The translations under genes and the position numbers were made by a program. 24,000 bases of DNA from Marinifilum sediminis (lineage in GTDB: Bacteria > Bacteroidota > Bacteroidia > Bacteroidales > Marinifilaceae). Numbering within the stretch: the stretch's first letter is position 1; every line of letters begins with the position of its first letter. The notes beneath the pieces were generated by a model, which saw only the letters and a list, made by a program, of their open reading frames with translations, was not told where the DNA came from and ran no database searches. Below are positions 17,108-24,000 of this stretch, piece by piece. The stretch covers positions 400,137-424,136 of the forward strand of contig CANMCX010000002.1 of assembly GCA_947496465.1 (NCBI GenBank), given 5' to 3'.

Positions 17108-18601
17108 TTAAGCTGGAACAATCACAGTTTGAATTGCTTGTGCATTAATCTGAAATTTAACCGAACGATCGCCTAATGAAATTTCTAAATTCTTTGTTTT
17201 CTCATTCATATTTAAAATCACAATAGCTATGGTACCATCAGGATTTTTTGCTGCTGTCATCATTACATCTTTATCAGATATCTTAAAACCAATACGAACA
17301 GCGTCAGGACGAATGTACTTGCTAAAATGAGCTAAAGTGTAGTACATTGGCGTAAAATACACCTCATCTTTTTCAGGGTCGACAATAACAGGAGCCAAAC
17401 ACCAGTTATTTGCCCAGTTTGGTCCGCCTTTAGTATCCAATACCATATTCCAGTCAATCCAAGCTTGTACGTAATTGTTTAAGCAGCCAATAATATCTCT
17501 TGCATAACGATATACTGGTACATATTTAGGGTGTAAATGTTTTTGATCATCCGGAGCCCAATCAAAGCCCCAATCAGTTGCCTCTTTTTTCCAGTACCAG
17601 GCATCATCATTCCAATGAGGAACTTCTGCATCAACGCAAGCTTCAGACTGAATCATCAGTTTATTTGGTGCCTTTTTGAAAGTATATTGCAAAACTTCAG
17701 GCATATAATCGTATGTACTGGCATACCAATGAATTGCCATACCATCAAAATATTTAGATGATTCCTCATCCTTGTACATGATATCAGCCCATTCTTCCAA
17801 TTCATCCCTGTTTTGATCATATCCCAAAATCTTAACATCATGACCATCTTCCTTTAGTTTTGGTCCCATGTGTTTGCTCACAAATTCTACCATTTCCTCA
17901 GGAGAAAAATGCATACTTTCCCAATTGTTTCCATTTCCCAATGGCTCATTTTCTACAGTCAGTCCCCAAATATCAATTCCTTCTTTTTTGTACTCCTGAA
18001 TGTATTTTGAGAAAAATAGTGCCCAAGTATCATAGTATTCTGGCAACAATTTTCCACCTACATACTTGTTGTTATCTTTCATCCAGGGTGATGCTGTCCA
18101 TGGAGATGAAAGTATTTTAAAGCCATCCTTAGATGCTTCCATAGCCTCTTTTATCATTGGAATGATATCATCACGATCTTCATCGATAGAAAAGTGTTTT
18201 AATTCTTTATCCCCTTCAACCGGAGCGTAAGAATAATTGCTAAGCGAGAAGTCACAAGAGTTAATATGTGTTCGGGTTAGTGAGTATTTTGCGCCCTCTT
18301 CAGCGAAATAGGCATCCAAGATCAATTTCCTATTTTCTTTACTCATTTGATTCAACAAATAAGCCGATGACTCGGTAAATGAACCTCCAAAACCTATGAT
18401 TTCCTGATATTTTTCCTCAGGTAATATTTGAATGCTTACAAACTCATCTCCTGATTCAAATTCTGTTATTTTTGTTAATTTATTACCACTTGCAGATGTT
18501 TCGTAAACATCAACCAACAAGTTTTTTTCTTTTGTATTACAAGCCATAACAACAAGACTTAAAAGAATACCGATAATGTATTTTGATTTCATAATTTTCA
18601 A
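17108..18601 (-). CDS. GH30-family glycoside hydrolase lipoprotein (beta-glucosidase or endo-beta-1,6-glucanase type)
   Basis: Lipobox MKSKYIIGILLSLVVMACN; EIIGFGGSFTESSAYLL, LTRTHINSCDFSLSNYSY, KILSSPWTASPWMK, IWGLTVENEPLG (acid/base), KLMIQSEACVD (nucleophile), WIDWNMVLDTKGGPNW. Start may be the second Met (MKSKY). Confidence 0.93.
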   Translation of the reverse strand: MKIMKSKYIIGILLSLVVMACNTKEKNLLVDVYETSASGNKLTKITEFESGDEFVSIQILPEEKYQEIIGFGGSFTESSAYLLNQMSKENRKLILDAYFAEEGAKYSLTRTHINSCDFSLSNYSYAPVEGDKELKHFSIDEDRDDIIPMIKEAMEASKDGFKILSSPWTASPWMKDNNKYVGGKLLPEYYDTWALFFSKYIQEYKKEGIDIWGLTVENEPLGNGNNWESMHFSPEEMVEFVSKHMGPKLKEDGHDVKILGYDQNRDELEEWADIMYKDEESSKYFDGMAIHWYASTYDYMPEVLQYTFKKAPNKLMIQSEACVDAEVPHWNDDAWYWKKEATDWGFDWAPDDQKHLHPKYVPVYRYARDIIGCLNNYVQAWIDWNMVLDTKGGPNWANNWCLAPVIVDPEKDEVYFTPMYYTLAHFSKYIRPDAVRIGFKISDKDVMMTAAKNPDGTIAIVILNMNEKTKNLEISLGDRSVKFQINAQAIQTVIVPA

Positions 18602-18613
18602 TTAAAAAGTTCT

Positions 18614-20047
18614 TTAATGTTTTACTCTTCCTCTTTTTGCGATTAAGGCTTCACGAATTTCCAGTGCTCTACTTTCAGTGATATCATATTTCCATACTAG
18701 TAGAATAGCCATTAATGCAGTTACTATAGGAATTACGATATCTGCAATTCTCAAATTGGTTAATGTTTCAACACTTTGCTGATCTACAGATTCGTTAAAA
18801 CCAACCATTTGCAACACAATTCCACTAGTAAGCAATGCCAAAGCGGTTCCTAACTTCACCATCCACCAGTAAACGGCTCCAAACATTCCCTCTCTTCTTT
18901 CTCCATTGTTCAATTCATCTAAATCGCAAACATCGGCTGTCATCGACATCATTAATGTGAATAAACCACCAATACCGAACGACAAAAATGGAATTGGCAT
19001 GAACATTAACCATGGATTAGCAGGATTGAAGCCCCACCATTTTAATGCATATCCAACAATGGAAACAAAAGTTGCTATTACAAAAGCATTTTTCTTACCC
19101 ACTCTTTCTGACAATTTTGTTACAATAGGAATAACAAGAAAGGCTGTAGCCATTGCACTTATTGTTCCAAACCATGCTGGCCAGGAACCTGCAGCAACTT
19201 TATCGCCCTGAAATAAATAATAAACAATAATGAACATCGCAAATTGCGCGATGGTTTGAAAACCATTAAATATGAAAAAAGTAGAACCACAAAGTTTCAT
19301 AAACTGCTTATTTTTAATAGTCAGCTTAATTCCTCTAACAAATTCTTTAGCATTCACGGCCAAATCCTTCATACTTAAATCAGCCATTTTACTCTTATCA
19401 GGAACAATCATCTCTTTGTTGAAAATGGCTGGTAAAATTCCAAGCACCATACAAATTCCTCCTACCCAAATCGCTAAAATTCTTGCTCCTTCGGGAGCCG
19501 ATGCAAAAATTGATGGATCATATATGATCACCCAAAACCAAGGAGCAATCATCCAGGCAACCTGCCCCATCCATTGAGATACTGCCATCAAACGGGTACG
19601 CTCATTGTAATCGGAAGTCATTTCGTAACCCAAACCAATTAAAGGAGTGGCAAAAATGGTATAACCGATGTAGAAAAATACAGAAACAATTAGGAAGTAG
19701 ACGAAATTATAGGTTTGAGAATCTTCTGGGTTTAGTTGCCACATTACCATAAAGGCAACACCAGTTATAGCACTTCCCAATAAAATATATGGCTTTCTTC
19801 TTCCCCACTTCGATTTGGTATTATCCGAAATGAATCCCATAATTGGATCTGTTAATGCATCTAAGAATCGTGGAAGAGCTCCTAAAATACCCGCCAAAAC
19901 TGGATTCATATTTAAGGACATCACCAACACAACCATAAACACACCCAGAGCAGCAGGAAACAACTGATTTGCCAAATGTCCCGATCCAAATGCTAGTTTT
20001 TGCCCAAACGGGACAATGTCTTCCTTTGCCGTTTTATAATGTGTCAT
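18614..20047 (-). CDS. MFS transporter, GPH:cation symporter family (second in operon)
   Basis: LAFGSGHLANQLFPAALGVFMVVLVMSLNMNPVLAGILGALPRFLDALTDPIMGFISDNTKSKWGRRKPYILLG; ADVCDLDELNNGERREGMFGAVYWWMVKLGTALALLTSG. Confidence 0.93.
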   Translation of the reverse strand: MTHYKTAKEDIVPFGQKLAFGSGHLANQLFPAALGVFMVVLVMSLNMNPVLAGILGALPRFLDALTDPIMGFISDNTKSKWGRRKPYILLGSAITGVAFMVMWQLNPEDSQTYNFVYFLIVSVFFYIGYTIFATPLIGLGYEMTSDYNERTRLMAVSQWMGQVAWMIAPWFWVIIYDPSIFASAPEGARILAIWVGGICMVLGILPAIFNKEMIVPDKSKMADLSMKDLAVNAKEFVRGIKLTIKNKQFMKLCGSTFFIFNGFQTIAQFAMFIIVYYLFQGDKVAAGSWPAWFGTISAMATAFLVIPIVTKLSERVGKKNAFVIATFVSIVGYALKWWGFNPANPWLMFMPIPFLSFGIGGLFTLMMSMTADVCDLDELNNGERREGMFGAVYWWMVKLGTALALLTSGIVLQMVGFNESVDQQSVETLTNLRIADIVIPIVTALMAILLVWKYDITESRALEIREALIAKRGRVKH

Positions 20048-20080
20048 AGTTTTAAGATTTGAGATGTTATAGTTATGATT

Positions 20081-21166
20081 CTAGAGTTCTGGAAATAGAT
20101 TTTGCATTACCTTTTTTGGTTTTCTGTCCACTGTAAATAATCCCCAATGCTTTTCAGCTCCGAGAGGATTAGCGGTTTCCCCTTTCCAATCCTCATCAAA
20201 AGCTTCGAAAAAGAAAGTGGTTATATTCATTGCTTTCGTCCATTTCATCAATTCATGGTAATATTTCTCTTGCTTTTCTTCATTAGCTCTATCACCAAAT
20301 TCAGATGCTACAGTTGCCCATCCTGCTTCGGTAATTACAAGTTTGCTATCTGGTATTGCATTGCGCACTTTCTGAACATTTTCGATGGTATAAGACATTG
20401 CTTCATCAATATCCCTCCCTTCCCAAACCGGATAAACATGAATGGAAACAAAATCAACTGCCTTTGCCAATTTTTGACCTTTTAAAGCCCACCAATCGTA
20501 ATTATCGGCAACTGTTACCGGTTGTTTGATAGCTGCCTGTACTTGTTTCACATAAGAGATAATAGTATCGGTATCCACTTTATGGTCGTTCCATTCCACC
20601 AAAGCCTCGTTACCCACATTCACAGCAAGCACTATTTCAGAATATTTATTCGCCAGTTGAATTCCTTTTTGGATTTCCTTGTGATTTAAATGTCTGTTTT
20701 CATCTAAAACATTCTGTGCAATTGGTTCTGTAAGCCAAGCACAGGTTTCGTGAGCACTTAATTCTGCCTTAAGCCAAATTCCTAGCATCACCTTGATATC
20801 TAATTTTTGTTCTTCAATAATCCTAAGAACAGCTTCGGAGTTTTCTCCACAATCATAAAGGCGAATCAAATTGAACAATGAATCTTTTGAAATGATTCGA
20901 AGATCTTCCAATATTTCCGCATCGCTCGGATTTATTGCGCCATTTCCTCTATCGGGATGCTGACCACTTCTAAATCCAGAGTAACAAACAGCTCTGGACA
21001 TCCCATTTAGTAGGTCTTTCTCGTTTTGTTTAATTTCAATTTTATCAGATTTCTTCACAATTGTCTCTTCTCCTGATTTTTTATTTTCATTCTTACATGA
21101 TACAAATACAACTGAAGCGATTGCTAAAAATGTAAGCAGTGTATGTTTAAGATTTGAGCTTTTCAT
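20081..21166 (-). CDS. GH17-family beta-1,3-glucanase-like lipoprotein
   Basis: Lipobox MKSSNLKHTLLTFLAIASVVFVSCKN; IVLAVNVGNEALVEW (acid/base), KLVITEAGWAT (nucleophile), HWGLFTVDRKPKKVMQ. Confidence 0.88.
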   Translation of the reverse strand: MKSSNLKHTLLTFLAIASVVFVSCKNENKKSGEETIVKKSDKIEIKQNEKDLLNGMSRAVCYSGFRSGQHPDRGNGAINPSDAEILEDLRIISKDSLFNLIRLYDCGENSEAVLRIIEEQKLDIKVMLGIWLKAELSAHETCAWLTEPIAQNVLDENRHLNHKEIQKGIQLANKYSEIVLAVNVGNEALVEWNDHKVDTDTIISYVKQVQAAIKQPVTVADNYDWWALKGQKLAKAVDFVSIHVYPVWEGRDIDEAMSYTIENVQKVRNAIPDSKLVITEAGWATVASEFGDRANEEKQEKYYHELMKWTKAMNITTFFFEAFDEDWKGETANPLGAEKHWGLFTVDRKPKKVMQNLFPEL

Positions 21167-21177
21167 GTTTCAAAAAT

Positions 21178-22125
21178 TTAAGATTGAGTTATTACGCTAT
21201 TAAATAATTCTTGAGTTACTTTCTTTGGTTTTCGATCAACCGTAAACAAACCCCAATGTTTTTCAGGCTCCAATGGTTCAGCCGATCCTTTCCATGGCTC
21301 ATCAAAGGCTTCAAAAACAAAAGTGAGAATCTCCTCTTCCTTACTCCAGTTCACCAAATCGTTATAGTATATCTTCTGAAGATCCTGACTTACATTTCCA
21401 GGACAAATTCCTCGTCCATTTGAATTGGTTGCCCAACCAGCTTCAGTAATCACAACAGGTTTATGCGGATATCTGTCTGCAACACTGTAGTAGTTTTGCT
21501 TGGTGTATTCTAATGCTTCATGAATATTTTTATACTCCCAAACCGGATAGGTATGAATGGAAATAAAATCAACCTCTTCTACCAAGTCCTTTAGTTTATC
21601 CAGCCAAGGCACATAATTTTCACAGAATGTAACAGGTTGTCTGCAAGCCTTTTTAATAATTCGAACGTAATTAATCACATTTTCTACCGGCACATAATGA
21701 TCTGTCCAGTGAACTGTAGCTTCATTTCCTGCTGATAATGAAAAAACAATCTCAGGATATCGATTTGCCAGAAGAATTAATTTTGATATTTCCTGTAGGT
21801 TATGTTCTTTGTTATCAAACAATTCTTCTTCGGAAAAAGAACCTCCCCAAGGACAACCGAAATTGTTCATTTCGGCACCAATATATGCTCCAAGCATTAC
21901 CTTAAAATCAAAACCTTCTTTTTCTATTACCTCTAAAATGGTATCTGTTTGCTGATCGCAAGCATACAAACGAAGAAATTTCCAATGACCTTGAAGAATC
22001 GTTAAATCTTCTTTTATCTGATCGTAAGTAGGAAAAACTCCTGTATGCGGACTCTGTCCTTCTCTAAATCCTGAATAGCAAATGGCATTGTCAACCTGTA
22101 TATTAATTTGATCTTCTAGTTTCAT
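21178..22125 (-). CDS. GH17-family hydrolase-like protein without signal peptide
   Basis: AICYSGFREGQSPHTGVFPTYDQIKEDLTILQ, IVFSLSAGNEATVHW, PVVITEAGWAT, HWGLFTVDRKPKKVTQ; starts MKLEDQINIQVDN with no hydrophobic leader. Confidence 0.85.
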   Translation of the reverse strand: MKLEDQINIQVDNAICYSGFREGQSPHTGVFPTYDQIKEDLTILQGHWKFLRLYACDQQTDTILEVIEKEGFDFKVMLGAYIGAEMNNFGCPWGGSFSEEELFDNKEHNLQEISKLILLANRYPEIVFSLSAGNEATVHWTDHYVPVENVINYVRIIKKACRQPVTFCENYVPWLDKLKDLVEEVDFISIHTYPVWEYKNIHEALEYTKQNYYSVADRYPHKPVVITEAGWATNSNGRGICPGNVSQDLQKIYYNDLVNWSKEEEILTFVFEAFDEPWKGSAEPLEPEKHWGLFTVDRKPKKVTQELFNSVITQS

Positions 22126-22171
22126 TAAATTTCAATTGGTTTCTAGCTTTTTCTTACTATCAATCGTAAGA

Positions 22172-23056
22172 TTAATACTTCAACTTCTCATTCTTATCCC
22201 AAATTCCCCAATAAGCACCTACATCTCCTTCATCAGTAGTTTTCCATCCTTCGTCGAATGAAGAGAAATAGAAAATATCAATATCTTCTTCCTTTGACCA
22301 TGATTGTGTTTGAATAAAATATTTCAATGCATTTTCTACTGATGGCTCTGCACCATGGAATGGTTCACCAACATTCGGCCATCCAGTTTCCGTAATGATT
22401 ACTTTTTTCCCATTACCAGCTCGCAATGCTCTATTATACATATCTTTCATATAGAGATAGGAATGCTCAAGACTACAACCTTCCCAAAAAGGATAGCAAT
22501 TCGCGAGGATTACATCGCATGCTTCAGTTATTCGAGGGCGATTTCCGAATTCATAATAAGCATCAACATAACCAACAGGAATGCCAGGAAGAGCTTCCTT
22601 TACCTTGTAGATGTAATCCAACAATTCATCTTCACTTAAATCCTCACGATATAATACTTCATTACCAACAGCCACGATATCTGCATGTCCGGCTTTTGCA
22701 ACTTCAATTAGTCCTTCGATTTCTTTATCGTTAATACTCTTGTATTTTCCTAACCAAGCTCCAACCAAAGTTTTTAAACCATTCTCCTTAGCTATTTTCG
22801 GTATCAATTCGTTTCCTTCGGTACATGAAAATGATCGAATCCATTTGGTATGTGGATTAATTATTTCCATTCTTCGTCGAATTTGACCCTCACCAATCTG
22901 ATCACCAGGCTCTTGCTCATCCATATATGGACTAAAACAGATTCCATGCATTCCACTATTCAGATACTGATAATATATAGATCTCAATTCATCTTCGCTT
23001 TTACCATTTAGGTCGACTCCTGCTAAAGACAAGAGATATTCACTTCGTACAGACAT
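22172..23056 (-). CDS. GH17-family hydrolase-like protein without signal peptide, divergent paralogue
   Basis: GICFSPYMDEQEPGDQIGEGQIRRRMEII, DIVAVGNEVLYREDL (acid/base), KVIITETGWPNVGEP (nucleophile), VGAYWGIWDKNEKLK; no N-terminal signal. Confidence 0.85.
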   Translation of the reverse strand: MSVRSEYLLSLAGVDLNGKSEDELRSIYYQYLNSGMHGICFSPYMDEQEPGDQIGEGQIRRRMEIINPHTKWIRSFSCTEGNELIPKIAKENGLKTLVGAWLGKYKSINDKEIEGLIEVAKAGHADIVAVGNEVLYREDLSEDELLDYIYKVKEALPGIPVGYVDAYYEFGNRPRITEACDVILANCYPFWEGCSLEHSYLYMKDMYNRALRAGNGKKVIITETGWPNVGEPFHGAEPSVENALKYFIQTQSWSKEEDIDIFYFSSFDEGWKTTDEGDVGAYWGIWDKNEKLKY

Positions 23057-23132
23057 AGGTTTAATAGGTTAAAGTTTAAGCTAATCTGTATGAGATATCA
23101 TTGCGGATAATCTCACACAGATATGGTTTATT

Positions 23133-24000
23133 TTATTTTTTTCTGATTGAATAATCGATTCTATCAATTTCTCCGTTTCTATTGAAGATCCTTGCACTGA
23201 TTTCCTGATCAATTGCATTGGATTTTATCAGTTTTGTTTCTCCATTTTTAAACGAAATAGAGATTTGACTTTCATCGGAAACAGAATAAACTACAGGCAC
23301 TTTACAAAAGGTAAAAGCCAATTGTCCCTTGCCTAATTTTATTTGTTGCTTATTGCCAAACACATCGAAGTATGCAAACTGATCTTCCTGATTAAGTAAT
23401 TCAAGATCATTCAACAGGGATGTTGAAAAAACGATTTGTCCATTTTTTACATGAACGCCCAATTCTCCAATTCTTGAAATGAAATCCTCTTTCACCTGAC
23501 CTGTCATACCTGGTTGCTGTGCACCAGCAGTTGATGGTGTATGTGAGTAGGCATCAGTTGGAAAAGCACCATACAATTCAGGAGATTTGTACAAGCCAAT
23601 TCCTGCTTTAATCTCAAAATAATGATCCTTTATTTTTCCACGAGTAATCGGATTAGCTCCTTCTTCAATTGCATGGAAATAACTCTCTTGTGCAGCAAGT
23701 AATAGTTTAGAAACCATGTGCCAATAAATACTTCCTAAGCCTTCAAAACCATAAAAAGTACCCGATCGACCAGTAAAAGATTGATGATCGAACATCTCCT
23801 CGAAAATATCCAGCACCTTAGCTTTTTCTTTATCAACTAATGACTTATAATCAGCATTAGCAAGATTCTCTAAAGCATTCTTTAAAACTTCCGCATTTCT
23901 AAACGAACCATTAAAGTGATAGCCTCCAGCCTGATCAACTCCTAGAATTGTTGTGTCATTATTCTGAATTAGCTTTGTCAAAAGTTCAGATTCTTTAACT
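23133..24000 (-). CDS. C-terminal part of a large protein, possibly a GH94/GH149-like beta-glucan phosphorylase (5' end outside window)
   Basis: The frame stays open past the track's TTG at 23981 to the window edge (...VKESELLTKLIQNNDTTILGVD). GTFYGFEGLGSIYWHMVSKLLLAAQESYFHA and SHTPSTAGAQQPGMTGQVKEDFISRIGELG resemble the C-terminal region of GH94-related phosphorylases. Confidence 0.55.
   Translation of the reverse strand, partial: VKESELLTKLIQNNDTTILGVDQAGGYHFNGSFRNAEVLKNALENLANADYKSLVDKEKAKVLDIFEEMFDHQSFTGRSGTFYGFEGLGSIYWHMVSKLLLAAQESYFHAIEEGANPITRGKIKDHYFEIKAGIGLYKSPELYGAFPTDAYSHTPSTAGAQQPGMTGQVKEDFISRIGELGVHVKNGQIVFSTSLLNDLELLNQEDQFAYFDVFGNKQQIKLGKGQLAFTFCKVPVVYSVSDESQISISFKNGETKLIKSNAIDQEISARIFNRNGEIDRIDYSIRKK

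Noticed and set aside
12198-20047. Two GPH/MFS transporters as a recent duplication
   Set aside because: Proteins differ widely in sequence (KLSLKEKVGYSLGD... versus KEDIVPFGQKLAFGSGH...) beyond shared family motifs, so this is not a recent duplication.
22355-22734. Plus-strand ORFs antisense to the third GH17 gene
   Set aside because: Shadow ORFs over a gene with intact catalytic motifs; same reasoning applies to the other antisense track ORFs over dapA, GH30, GH17 and MFS genes.

Overview
AT-rich window, probably from a Bacteroidota chromosome: lipoprotein signals of the L-[S/A]-C type, no evident Shine-Dalgarno sites, and a TAnnTTTG-type promoter element. The left part (1-8500) is mostly housekeeping or ordinary genes: the 3' end of ligA, a DEDDh exonuclease, a DUF6913-like protein, dapA, an LpoB-like lipoprotein, a TPR-like lipoprotein, an H-NOX/HNOB-like protein, an esterase-D-like protein, a YceI-family protein and an AraC-family regulator. 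The centre (8690-12160) holds a 185-bp tandem duplication of a tRNA-Arg(ACG) gene with its trailer and terminator, an uncharacterised ORF, a degenerate ~20-bp-period tandem array, and an orphan soluble KAP-like P-loop NTPase bracketed by terminators. The right half (12198 to the window end, all minus strand) looks like one long operon for beta-glucan use, probably laminarin-type beta-1,3/1,6-glucan. It has three GH17 genes, one GH30, one further clan-A-like TIM-barrel hydrolase, a mutarotase-like protein, two GPH/MFS sugar:cation symporters, a GNAT, a FrlD-like PfkB kinase, and the C-terminus of what may be a large GH94/GH149-like glucan phosphorylase. The best second-look items are the SusCD-less operon with compartment-split GH17 paralogues, two apparently degenerate active or binding sites (H-NOX-like YxSxR changed to YESKK; esterase-D-like GHSxGG changed to GHNYSG), the duplicated tRNA unit with a compensatory stem swap, and the degenerate 20-bp array beside the KAP NTPase. 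No system here can be called new from sequence alone. All family assignments come from motif and sequence recognition, not database searches.
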